Part shown: positions 11,637 through 23,516 of the stretch, one piece after another
Numbering within the stretch: the stretch's first letter is position 1
Layout of the letters: the number at the start of each line of letters is the position of its first letter
Assembly (NCBI RefSeq): GCF_001194135.2
Contig: NC_068982.1
Coordinates: 131,166,330 to 131,230,329 of the forward strand
Source of the DNA: Octopus bimaculoides
Lineage: Eukaryota
Length of the DNA: 64,000 nt
Direction of reading: 5' to 3'
Position numbers and translations under genes: made by a program
Notes under the pieces: generated by a model
Seen by the model: the letters and a program-made list of their open reading frames with translations, nothing else
Told to the model about the DNA's origin: nothing
The model's database searches: none

Positions 11637-13184
11637 CTGTAACAATAAATGTAGAGATGAGACTGAACATAAATCCTTCCATCAAAGCCAATGGAAATAT
11701 TTCTTTGTTTTCACCTATTGATGAGTATTTTACCCAAAACAAAGTAATTACAGTATACTTAAGGTAACAAAGTAATTATTAAATTATCCTTAAGGTAACA
11801 CAATATCTTGTTACTTTGATATTTATACATTCTTTTGAATTGTAAAAAGATTTCCAAACAAATTCTATTTTCATACATACATGACATGGATATGTCTGTA
11901 TGATTAAGAAGTTTGCTTCCCAACCACATTGAAAAGTAGATAATACAATAATTTACTGGAAGTCTGGAGAAATACCATAATTTAAGGTTGGAAAACACCC
12001 TGAAGAGGGGTAGGGTCCACTAAGTTGATAAATGTCTCTTGACATTTCTTAGATGCCATGGCATTAACAGCTTGGATTAAAAGAACAAAACATAAAATAT
12101 TGAAACAATGCTGTATATGGATATGAACATAAGAAAATCAATATATATGAAACACAGAAACACAGACATAGTTAAATATTACATACATATACACAAGTAG
12201 TCAATATTTCAAGATAATTGAGATGAGCTTGATAATATATTAAAATGAAGTTGGTGATGACTACTATCATACTATTAGATTTACACAGGTGGGATCAGAT
12301 TTCAGCAAAATGATTACTATTGCAACACTACATTTACACAGATGTGGTCATATTTTCATATCTTCTAATTCATATCTTATACATACATAAACATATATGT
12401 GTGTGTGCGTGTCTGGATACACACACACACACATACAAATATGTATATATGTGAATGTGTATATATGCAAGTATCCATGTATATACATACACACACACAC
12501 ACACATATATAAGTGCACGTATTTACCTGTACAAATGCTTATGAGTATATATAGGATTTTGTAAGTGATTTTAATTCTTTAAAAACCACCCATATTTCTG
12601 AGTGTTTTAAAAGAAGGAAAATACATAAAATCATCTGAAATAATGTTCTATTTCCTGATATTAGCTCACAATCAACATATAAAGATTAATAGAGGTAGAT
12701 TGGTGATACCAGAATTACTATACTCATCATGGAAAGCAATAACGGAGCAAAATTAATTGCAATTAAACTAATACAATGAAGAACAATGCATATACTATAT
12801 TACTGAATTAGAATAAGCATTATAATACTTCTGGTGGGTATTGGGTTTTTTGGGGAATTTTTTTTTATAACTATGGAAACTAACTGAACCTAGCTTCAAT
12901 ATTCCCAAATACCTCACTCTCACTCTTTCTCTCTCTCAGCAGTGAATTCGCAGAGCTGTTAGAATACTGGATAGAATGCTTCCAGATATTTGCTCGGGTT
13001 TTCCAAATTCCACTGGGGCTAACTTCAGCCCTTACACATGGTCAATAAAGCGAAGGATACCAGACCAGGGTGGTGAATTGATAGAATTAGACATTTAGTC
13101 AAACAAACCACCACCCACTATATTACATGTAGTGAAGCAGTGGCAGGGTGGAGATACAAACACACACACACACACACAATACAT

Positions 13185-13696
13185 CAGTGGTTCTTAACCA
13201 TTTTTATTCTTTTGTAGTGTCCCTTTTAAAATATTGTTATGCCTAGCATCCACCTAAGTGATGAGTGAGGTGTCACAACTAAACTAACTTAAACAGGGAT
13301 GATGATTTATAAATATTACTCAAAAAATGGATTGTATAATCTTTTAACAGTGAAATCATAAAAAATTAAGAAAGACATAGATAGTAAATTTACTTTACAA
13401 ACTGCAAGTTAATTATGTTTCTGTGCCTGATGAGATCTAGCTAAACTATCTATATCAGGCCGAGCAACTGTGTAGATTCTACATAGTTCCTCGACCTGCT
13501 AGAAATAGCAGCACTACTTATCATTTTATTTTAATAACCATATAACCATTTATCCTGTATGATATAATGATTACCATAGGTAAAATTTAGTATGTTAATT
13601 ATGTTACCTCACTAACACTCTCACTGCCTCTAAAACCTAACCTTTCAACATGCCCAGTAGCACCTTGGGGTGGTACCTCACTTTTGAGAAGCTCTG
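13185..13696. mobile_element. Possible old hAT/Charlie-like MITE
   Basis: Ends cagtggttcttaa and ttgagaagctctg form imperfect TIRs of Charlie type. The flanking 8-mers do not match. Confidence 0.4.
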
Positions 13697-13724
13697 TATT
13701 ATATTACACACACACACACACAAA

Positions 13725-13857
13725 ATGAGCTTTGAGTCAGTTTCCAGCTAGCAAATTCACTCACAAGGCATTGGTCAGCATAGGGTGATAGTAGAAGACA
13801 TTTGCTCAAAGTGTGGCACAAAACGTTTGCCAAATAAGCTTCTTAACCACATGGCCA
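13725..13857 (-). mobile_element. SINE family B, 5' part
   Basis: aaattcactcacaaggcattggtc..gtagaagacatttgctcaaagt..cttcttaaccac. Confidence 0.65.
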
Positions 13858-13888
13858 TACATATTTTACACATGCACATATACCTGTA

Positions 13889-13937
<49 letters not shown>

Positions 13938-13948
13938 CTAAGTGCATC

Positions 13949-14120
13949 GTTCTATTTTTAAGAGATGAGGAATTATGTACATAATTTACATTTGACGGAT
14001 ATTTGTCCTCGTCTTGTTTGTTGTTAACACAACATTTTGGCTGATATACCCTCCAGCCTTCTTCGGGTGTCTTGGGGAAATTTCGAACCTGGGTTCTCAT
14101 TCCAAAGGTATTTTTTGATG

Positions 14121-14152
<32 letters not shown>

Positions 14153-14249
14153 GTTGTTGTTGTTGTTCAGGTCACTGCTTGGAATCGAACTCGGAATCTT
14201 GGGGTTAACAACAAACAAGATGAGGACAAATATCCGTCGAATGTAAATA
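13949..14249 (-). mobile_element. tRNA-headed retroposon with degenerate hammerhead motif and terminal inversion, 13-bp TSD
   Basis: B-box GAGTTCGATTCC on the minus strand (14181-14192) and an (aat)n linker. Hammerhead-like gacac-CCGAAGA-aggctg..cagcc-AAAATGTT-gtgtt. 44-bp inverted repeat (13985-14028 vs 14204-14247, 2 mismatches). Direct repeat atctaagtgcatc at 13936-13948 and 14250-14262. Confidence 0.75.
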
Positions 14250-14424
14250 ATCTAAGTGCATCTACTAGTACTCCTTTGCAGGTTCACCATGCATTTATAA
14301 TAAGGGGTAACTGCAAAATACTATACTACACACTACAAAACAAAGATACAAAAATACTAGATTATAGATAATAGTTACATACCCTATAAAATTCCCCTCA
14401 AAAATAGAAGATAATCATAACTTT

Positions 14425-14535
14425 TTTATATTATTTATATTTGACGGATATTATATTATTTATATTATTTACATTTGACAGATAATTGTCAAATGTAAAT
14501 AATGTACATAATTCCTCATCTCTTAAATATAGAAC
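14425..14535 (+). mobile_element. Second, very short 3' end of the same element, preceded by inverted and tandem copies of its own sequence
   Basis: tgtcaaatgtaaataatgtacataattcctcatctcttaaatatagaac matches the 3' end at 13949. 17-bp perfect palindrome arms at 14464-14480 and 14487-14503. Confidence 0.7.
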
Positions 14536-14589
14536 TACTTTTTTATAGTAACATGGGTTGAGTAGGTTTCACCACTTGTTGCAGTCATG

Positions 14590-15010
14590 TCATCTCCTTC
14601 ATACTTTTCAGTATCCTGGGATCAAGCTTCACATCTTCCCATAATTTTTTCAGTCTTCCACTTGAATTGCCTGGCTCTCATGTATCAATTGTTATATTTC
14701 ATATGTGCACTACATATCCCAATAAGTGTAGTCATCTCCTCGTCTCCTTTACCTACATCAGATCCCTTTTAACCCAATCTTTCTCTCAATTCAATTGTGC
14801 TATGTCATTCATGCATGATGCCATTACACAACCAGCCAAGCATGCTTCACTCATTTCATAGCAGCCTTTACACAATCTCACCATTCAATGCCCAACCTTC
14901 ACTACCATGCAATACCACACTTTGTGCACAAGCTTCTAACAATTAGCCTTTAACTCAAAAGCAGACTTCTTTGTTCTCAACAGAAATAATAGAGCATTGA
15001 ACTTTCCCTA
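14590..15010 (-). mobile_element. Decayed RTE LINE fragment
   Basis: Minus strand GKFNALLFLLRTKK..VHKVWYCMVVKVGH aligns by eye with the WxKFRELLPLL..VRxxMLxGSExWA region of RTE RT. Confidence 0.6.
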
Positions 15011-16066
15011 CTCTGACTACAATGCTTTAGTAATATTCCACTCTAACACTGGATAAAGTGAATTATGTAAAAGAAATTATCTATTACATGGGAAATGTCT
15101 TAGCTTAAAAAACATGTACATTTCATAGTTGCTCATACTGCTTGTTATTCTTTTGCATTTTCCATATACAAAATTTTTCTTCTCTTTCAGCTTGTATATG
15201 ATTTTAATGTATCTCTTGTGTACACACACTTTAACACTGGGTACACAGTTTAAAACTCCTATCTACATCATTGTTGTACATCAAGCATGGCCACTTCCCT
15301 GATGTCAATGGAGTTATGTGTTCTTTCTTGCTAACTAAAACTTTTGTCTTTGCTAAGTTTACATTTAGATCTTTTGGTCTTGGGCTCTGCTCCCATATTT
15401 GGAAATTAACCTATCATTTCATTAAAAAAATTTTTTTTTTTTTTGATTCTGCTTATGCAAACTAGATTCTCAGTATACATTAAGATCCCACAGTTACCCA
15501 ATGTAGAAGGGACTGCAAACCAAGCCCTGATGGATACCCATCTTCATATTAAATTTCTTGCTGAACATATTGACAGATCTTACCTAGCTGACACCATCTC
15601 TATACATGGCTTTCACAAGTTATTCACGAAGAAGAAAAGGATATCAGTGGTTTCTCCTCTCTGCACAAATTGAAATTTCATCTCATTGAAGCTAATCTTT
15701 TTCCTAATTACCTCAGCTATATAATATTTCTAGAAGTTAATTTTAAATTGTATTTCTTAATGTTGATTTCAGTGATTCAGTTATCCTTGAAATGTTTGTC
15801 ACAAAATACACTTTGCATTTGTGGCATTACTACTGTATTTGTATGTCAACTATTTCTGTGGCATGGTTTATAAAAGCAGTAACACAATGTTTTACATACT
15901 TTTGAATTTCCACTGATGAAGACAACATACTTCTCTGAATGTTTGACTACGATCATATGCAGGGGATAGTGTGATTTTATTTTCAATCAACTTTTCACAC
16001 CATCTTGACCAGCAGTTGCCCTTGCATGCAATCTCCCCAACCAAGCCACTTATGTTTTATCTAAGG

Positions 16067-16554
16067 CAGGGGTGGAGAAACCCCAGCCCACAGGTGCAAC
16101 TGCGCCTGTGAGCCCATTTTATTGCGCCCACAGGCTGGTATATTTTATAAAATTTATACAATATTCATATGCTTATTTGCAACAAAAGTCACGTTTCTAC
16201 TACGACTTAAAATGGTTAAACTTGAACAGAAAATTGTCCGGCAATTGCCATTTGAATGGAAATTTTGTTTTCACTATAAAACACATATTGCAAGGTTTGT
16301 ACCACCCCCTTGAGACCCAACTACACTCTAACAGAAAAATATAGAATACTTCATATGTAATATAAACGTCCTAAATTCAGTGGTGGCATTAATGAAGATG
16401 TTACACATTAATTTCATGTCTTAAACTTATCGTTATTAATGTATCTTGAATTATACATAGATATATCATGATTTTCACAGATATAAGAGTGAACTTGTGA
16501 TCTGCCCGCATACTAATTTTTTGCCCACCATGCTAAAAAGTTTCCCCACCCCTG
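16067..16554. mobile_element. Non-autonomous hAT element (MITE), 488 bp, intact ends
   Basis: TIRs caggggtggagaaac and gtttccccacccctg (1 mismatch in 15). Perfect 8-bp TSD atctaagg at 16059-16066 and 16555-16562. No transposase ORF. Confidence 0.92.
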
Positions 16555-16712
16555 ATCTAAGGAAAGGGCTGCCTAATTGTAACAGTACAGTTTGATACCT
16601 GTATTGTTGCTGGAGGAGATGTCCTCCTGGGGCTATAAACAATAGTAGCATCGTCCCTTATGGGACAGCCACATTTAGTTGGCAAATATACTTATATATA
16701 TANNNNNNNNNN

Positions 16713-16745
<33 letters not shown>

Positions 16746-17150
16746 AACACATACATATATATCACAACCACATAAACTTTCACTTTAAATCTTTTTCTTA
16801 TAGCTTAGACAGAAGGAAGAGCAGCACCATACTTGGCACTCCATGACTTCGCAGGAGGAAATATTTCTCAGACAGGCTATGGGTACTTGCAATAGAGCGG
16901 ACACCCTTAAATACAGCCAAGCAGCAGTGGGTGACATTAAAATAGGCAGCATTAAATGTACTACTCCAAAAGGGAATGGACCAACATTACAGACTTTCAT
17001 ACAGTTTATTGACTTTCAAATTCCTTCCACAAGGATTTTCTCAATCCAATAATATGATAGAAAAGCCCAAGATGCAGTACAGTCACACAGAACTCTGCCT
17101 CTGTCTGTCTGTCTCTCTCTCTGTCTATATATATATATATATATATATAT

Positions 17151-18014
17151 NNNNNNNNNNNNNNNNNNNNNNNNNNNNNNNNNNNNNNNNNNNNNNNNNN
17201 NNNNNNNNNNNNNNNNNNNNNNNNNNNNNNNNNNNNNNNNNNNNNNNNNNNNNNNNNNNNNNNNNNNNNNNNNNNNNNNNNNNNNNNNNNNNNNNNNNNN
17301 NNNNNNNNNNNNNNNNNNNNNNNNNNNNNNNNNNNNNNNNNNNNNNNNNNNNNNNNNNNNNNNNNNNNNNNNNNNNNNNNNNNNNNNNNNNNNNNNNNNN
17401 NNNNNNNNNNNNNNNNNNNNNNNNNNNNNNNNNNNNNNNNNNNNNNNNNNNNNNNNNNNNNNNNNNNNNNNNNNNNNNNNNNNNNNNNNNNNNNNNNNNN
17501 NNNNNNNNNNNNNNNNNNNNNNNNNNNNNNNNNNNNNNNNNNNNNNNNNNNNNNNNNNNNNNNNNNNNNNNNNNNNNNNNNNNNNNNNNNNNNNNNNNNN
17601 NNNNNNNNNNNNNNNNNNNNNNNNNNNNNNNNNNNNNNNNNNNNNNNNNNNNNNNNNNNNNNNNNNNNNNNNNNNNNNNNNNNNNNNNNNNNNNNNNNNN
17701 NNNNNNNNNNNNNNNNNNNNNNNNNNNNNNNNNNNNNNNNNNNNNNNNNNNNNNNNNNNNNNNNNNNNNNNNNNNNNNNNNNNNNNNNNNNNNNNNNNNN
17801 NNNNNNNNNNNNNNNNNNNNNNNNNNNNNNNNNNNNNNNNNNNNNNNNNNNNNNNNNNNNNNNNNNNNNNNNNNNNNNNNNNNNNNNNNNNNNNNNNNNN
17901 NNNNNNNNNNNNNNNNNNNNNNNNNNNNNNNNNNNNNNNNNNNNNNNNNNNNNNNNNNNNNNNNNNNNNNNNNNNNNNNNNNNNNNNNNNNNNNNNNNNN
18001 NNNNNNNNNNNNNN
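17151..18014. other. Assembly gap (N run). Other gaps lie near 16703, 19033-19042, 26988-27533, 48794-48887, 52898-53047 and 53831-54353
   Basis: Runs of n, mostly flanked by (TA)n or (CA)n. Confidence 0.99.
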
Positions 18015-18696
18015 AGCAACTTCTTCCTGGTTGGAAACCATGTTGGGTGTCAAGCAGCAAGTCATTTTCTTCAAGGAAGGCGATTAGTTTTCTTCTGAAT
18101 ATTCGTTCCATGACCTTGCTGATGTGCGCGGTCAGAGAGATAGGTCTGTAGTTCTTGGCCCCCGCTCTGCTACCTCCTCTATGAATAGGGCATATTATAG
18201 CCTCCTTCAGTTTTCTTGGAAGTTTGCCAGTTGCAAGGAAGCTCTGAAAGAGGGACTGCAGTGGTCTTGCTAGGACTCACTTACATACTTTTAGAAGGAT
18301 TGCTGGGAATCCATCAGAGCCAGTAGCTGACCTTGGGTTCATTTCATATATAGCCCTTATTACATCGTCTTCCTTTTATTGATGTAATTGATCATCACTG
18401 TCTCTGTTTTTATATCTGCAGTGGTAAAAAAGTAAGTTGGATTGCTGACTTGCAAGTGTCCTAAGGGTGGAGTGAAAATACATTTGAAATGTTCATTTAG
18501 TATTTCACTTATTCTCATTGGGTTTCCTGTGAGTGTACCATCATTTTTGAGGCATGGCCCTATCCTGCAGTGCAGGACAAGTTATTATGGCATATCTTTC
18601 TCGCCTACGCACTAAGGAATAGAGACTTAATATCTTGAGTCTTTCCCAGTGGCTTATATGCTGCATAGAGGCTATCTTTTTCATGTAGCTTCGTTG

Positions 18697-18700
<4 letters not shown>
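18015..18700 (-). mobile_element. CR1/L2-type LINE RT fragment (rearranged)
   Basis: Minus strand: [109 protein letters not shown]-terminal piece HWERLKILSLYSLVRRRERY lies at about 18590-18700. Confidence 0.88.
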
Positions 18701-18733
<33 letters not shown>

Positions 18734-18736
18734 TAC

Positions 18737-18770
<34 letters not shown>

Positions 18771-18972
18771 GGCAAACTTCCAAGAAAACTGAAGGAGGCT
18801 ATAATATGCCCTATTCATAGAGGAGGTAGCAGAGCGGGAGCCAAGATAAATATATATGTGCATACATATATATATACTCATATATATATGTATACACATA
18901 CATATATATATGCATACATATATATATGCATACATATATATATATACATACATATATATATATACATACATA

Positions 18973-19013
<41 letters not shown>

Positions 19014-19043
19014 ACATACATATATATATATGNNNNNNNNNNT

Positions 19044-19205
19044 CCAACCAGGAAGAAGTTGCTTGACTCAGCTCTTACAATACTATGACTGGGTGCTGAA
19101 ACAGCTGCTCAACCACTCAAATATGGAAGTGATATATCTCGACTTTGCAAAGGTCTTTGATAAAATCTATCAGGAAATGATATGTCACAAACTGCATGAT
19201 CTGTA
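19044..19205 (+). mobile_element. Continuation of the same CR1/L2-type RT, on the opposite strand
   Basis: QPGRSCLTQLLQYYDWVLKQLLNHSNMEVIYLDFAKVFDKI (YLDFxKAFD motif). Overlaps the end of the 18015 fragment by about 20 nt. Confidence 0.85.
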
Positions 19206-19507
19206 TCCCACTTGAACAAAAAGTTATTATTGTTGGTGTCATTTTCGCTTGGACTTTCCTGTGTCTCCTGTTTCTAAAGAAGAGCTTTGCTTGAAATGTA
19301 AAACTCCCTTTCTTTCCTTCTCTGAGCATCTTATCAATACTTTGCATGTATCACGTCCTTGCATTGTTGTTTTTTTTCTTGTTGTTCTCTTTTTCTCAGT
19401 TATTTTTTTTTCAATTAACTATATATCTATATATTATACAAAATATGGGGGTTTAGTTCACAAATGACTATATCATTGTTAAATTCCGCTATATTGGAAG
19501 TCTGCAA

Positions 19508-19571
<64 letters not shown>

Positions 19572-19590
19572 TACAGATACATACATATAC

Positions 19591-19875
19591 ATCATCATCA
19601 TCATCGTTTAACGTCCGCTTTCCATGCTAGCATGGGTTGGACGATTAGACTGAGGACTGGCGAACCAGATGGCTGCACCAGGCTCCAATCTGATTTGGCA
19701 GAGTTTCTACAGCTGGATGCCCTTCCTAACGCCAACCACTCCGACAGTGTAGTGGGTGCATTTACGTGCCATCAGCACAAGGGCCAGTCAGGCAGTACTG
19801 GCAACGGCCACAACCAAATGGTGATTTTTACGTACCACCTGCACACGAGCCAGTCCTGCAGCACTGGCAACAACC
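19591..19875 (-). mobile_element. RTE-tail element, close relative of the copy at 1-309
   Basis: (cat)n-cgtttaacgtccgctttccatgctagcatgggttggacg...gccaaccactccga is a near reverse complement of 1-309. Confidence 0.88.
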
Positions 19876-20037
19876 TTGCTATATACACACACACACATAT
19901 ACAGAGTATTGAAAGCAATCTCTTGGATTCTAAGTCACAGCTACAGAGGTATATATACTCACACTCAGCTGGAACTCAGATAACATTAATAACCAAATGC
20001 ACTTTTTTCTTTGACAAAATGGTATAATCAAAATATG

Positions 20038-20071
<34 letters not shown>

Positions 20072-22069
20072 ATATATATGTATATGTGCCTACATTGAAA
20101 AAAATTAGTTTGTGAGTATATTCACGGACTATATTTGAACACTCACTTTTTTTTTTTTTGTTTTTAATAGTTTTACTGCAACAATTCAATAAGATTTTTA
20201 GGATACCAAGGTAAGAATATAAATTCAGAAATTCAGATATAAACTATATTACACATGGGGGATGGGGTAGAATTGAACAATTTGTTCTAGATATCTCTTA
20301 TTTCTATTTCCTGAGCAGAAAGAAAAAAGAAGAAAATGATTTTTTTTTAAACAAAATATTCAATACATTTATCTAATATAAATGAAGAAAAATGAAATGT
20401 AGATAAAAATCAATAGGCAACTTATTCTACTTGACATAAATATAAAGATTGAAACAGCAATAATTCTAGTCTAAACTTAGCAATAATGCTAAAACTATTT
20501 TGGAACTGCTTCACTTATATCTTGACTTATTTGCATTTTAAGTAAATAAAAAGTAAAATAAAATAAAGTTTTTAAAAAATTTATTTGTTTATTCCCACCC
20601 CGTAGCTGAACTTAGTTCTGTTTGCAACATTTCTATAATCTAGGTCCTATATTACTGTGATAAAGTGTTCTTGTTGAAGTTTTGTTTCTTGTTTTTCTCA
20701 TTCCTTTGTGTCTACAGGCACTATATATCTTTATTCATAATATATTTTCATGTCAAAATTTATGAAGAAATCTAATAAGATACTGGCAAATAATAATACT
20801 AGAATAAAACTGAGGCAACCTAGAGTCAATACTAATATGTAAAAGTAACGTTACTATCTAAAATAAGATCATTTAAGATTTATCAAAACCTGATCAACAT
20901 TCAAAAAATGCAAGTTATGTGTTTGTTAAGTGCAGATCTGGAGATCTTCACCTAACAAATATGTAGTTTATGTAGTGAGATATGTTTTTTTTTTTTTTAT
21001 ATTCCTTTACACATTTTCTCTTTACATCTAACAGAAGATATGATTTGGTAAAGTTAGTAGCAAGCTGTGTTAAATGCTTAACAAAATTTTTAAAAAATTT
21101 AAAAAAGAGTTGACTATATTCTCAAAATCAGAAATGATTTCACTAAAGTTAAATATATTGATTAGGAAATAAAAATACATAGGTTTATGCTAACAGTATT
21201 CTCTTTGGTCAAGTATGAAAGGATGAAACTTTGAATAGTTCCAACTATTTAGCCATCGTCAGCAGCAGTATAGCATTCAAAATTGCTTGCTGGTTGTGTA
21301 GCGACTAGTTACTATATAGAAATATTCATAGAAACAATTGAGTGGCAACAGGAAATGAGACTAATTAATAATATAATTATAGAGAGATACTGACTGTGTA
21401 TTTAATTAATAAATATAAAGGTAGTTTTGATTATTTTCTATGTTTTCCTCATCTGGATAACCACTGAAGGATTAAATGCGCTTAACATTTTTTTTTTCTT
21501 TTTGAACATTTCTCTATAATAACCTAGTTATTGCACTGCCAACGAGCAAAGGCTATATTTCCTCGGATGATAGCTAAGATTCCAGAAATGTTAGAGGTTG
21601 TGTCTCTTGCTTATTTGGCTAGAGATTGATAACCCCTAATATTTATGTCTTAATCACTTTTCTATGCTTATTTCTGTGGTTGAGAACACAATAAATAATT
21701 AAACATGCTTTTTTAATTACATATATATTTTCACAGAGTCAATGACCTTTTATGATTAAATTTACAATATCTAGTTTACCACCTAATTTATGCTAAAACT
21801 GACAGTCTTTGATCTGTCTGCAGTAGTGCTTATGTACTAGTTTTACTAGTATCAATTAAACTAATTATACTGCTGCTGTCTTTACAAAATTGGTCTCTGT
21901 CCAGCTAATGAATCCTTTTTGCTTTTTGGTGGGGAAATCAATATGCCATGTGGCAATGATGGCCAAACTTAGTCAGTGAGGTGCTTGCGACTCTCAACAT
22001 AATACTGGGTTTTGGTGCTTTTTTACCTAAAACACTATACTCTAAGATGCAGGAATAGACAATATAGAA

Positions 22070-22190
22070 TATGTACCTCTTTTACTTGCTTCAGTCATTA
22101 GACTAAGGCCATGCTGGAGCATTGCCTTTTAGGGTTGGTTGAACAAATCAACCTCCTTTAATTATTCTGTTAAACTTTTTTTTTTTTACC
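22070..22190 (-). mobile_element. SINE family B, 3' tail fragment
   Basis: ttttacttgcttcagtcattagactaaggccatgctggagcattgcc is the reverse complement of the family B tail (cf. 60340-60360). Confidence 0.65.
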
Positions 22191-23435
22191 TAACTGCTAA
22201 GTTACAGGATGTAAACAAAACAACACTGGTTATCAAGCAGTGGGACAACAAGCCCAAACCTAAACACAAACATGCATATACATCCACACATTTACTTACA
22301 TATATATACATAGATACCTATAAGCATACATATATAGATGCGTCCACACATGCTTACTACATGTATACATACACACCCACAACACATGCACACACGCACA
22401 GTGATGGATTTCTGTCAACTAAATTTACTCATAAAGCATTGCCTAGAAACAAACTCCTTACCCACATAGTCATGTCTGTACCTATATATTAATCTTAATT
22501 ATAATTTTTAAAAAGTTACAACTCTAAAGCATAATATACATGTAAGTAGGTGGAGGTGCTCTCCTAATCAAACAACTTGGCCACCCTGAAGATACTGTAC
22601 CCAGTTCAGTACTACAGTATGTTTAAACCATACTTCTCTTCCTTGGTCGAACTTTTCGTTACCCCTTTTCCCATATTTGAAAAGTTGAAAAAGTATACAT
22701 ATTTTCCTCTATAAAAATGGTGTTCATAGTATTCCATCAAGAGAATATTTTAATCATTAGCAACAACCGAGAACCAGAGTGTGGTTGCCTGTTCTATGGG
22801 TATATTTATTCTACCTATTCTACAATGGAAAAAGCTGGTGGGGAAATGAATAACAGTTCTTTGAAAAAAATAATTCCAATTAGGGTAGCATAGATTCTAT
22901 GATACCAGAGATCACTGCTTCTCTCTTAATATATTGCAATAAAGAATTTTTTAAAAAACTGGAGAGAGAAAAACGAAATCAAAGTGATATGCCTAGGCAC
23001 TGAAATAATATACTATCAACTATTTTTTCATAAAAGGAGAGAAAAAAAGTTTTTTAGACTTCTTAATAGCAGCTTGGGAGTTTAAATTTTTGGGTGTAAT
23101 CAATTATAGCTTTGGGTAACTATCTCTAAAAAAGAAACTGCATACATAATATACATCAAAAGTAACAAATAATAATAGTAATAATAATAATAATAATTCT
23201 ATATTATTATTATTATTATTATGATAATAGATAAAAAAGATAAAATTTATTATTTGAAATTGCTTTATTTTAAGACAAGGCAATAAAAAAAAATGAAGAT
23301 AAATGAACTGGTACTTCAAGACTGTTGAGTGAATTTCTCACAAATGTAGGGAATGCAAGGAATGAAATCAGAATACTTATTAGTAGATTAAGAATTAAGT
23401 TATTAAGAAATAAAAAGATCCATGACGGTTTTTAC

Positions 23436-23516
23436 CTCATGGTAGACTGAAGGTTGTGCCAACGAAGGAACCCTGTAGGTTTTAATTTTGGGGCTGCCAT
23501 CAGGATATACAATCTC
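23436..23516 (-). CDS. Candidate 81-nt internal coding exon, EIVYPDGSPKIKTYRVPSLAQPSVYHE (protein not recognised)
   Basis: Acceptor gtttttgtttctctctttgcag, donor GAG|gtaaaa. Length is a multiple of 3, with higher GC than the flanks and an open phase-0 frame. Confidence 0.5.

Noticed and set aside
11291-12073. aacagctt at both 11292 and 12066 as a TSD for the zinc-finger element
   Set aside because: An 8-bp match in AT-rich DNA, and the intervening sequence shows no LINE coding remnants.
16804-17052. Plus-strand open frame after a good acceptor (ttttcttatag), LRQKEEQHHTWHSMTSQEEIFLRQ..
   Set aside because: No recognisable homology, no matching donor or partner exon, and adjacent to gaps.
16976-18151. 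Long ORFs of 180-390 aa here and at 26.9-27.6 kb and 53.8-54.4 kb
   Set aside because: They consist of N gaps translated as X.
20202-20210. Possible 9-nt microexon ttttag|GATACCAAG|gtaaga on the plus strand
   Set aside because: Weak polypyrimidine tract and no plus-strand gene context; expected by chance.
22586-22630. CTGAAGA followed by a 7-8 bp stem (also at 29304-29330, and CTGATGA near 15915)
   Set aside because: No GAAA after stem II and no stem I, so these are not hammerheads.
23436-23500. Alternative frame ..GFLRWHNLQSTM resembling the BTB start FCLRWNN.QS
   Set aside because: Only a few residues match, no downstream BTB exon was found, and the ttk-type motif is mainly arthropod.
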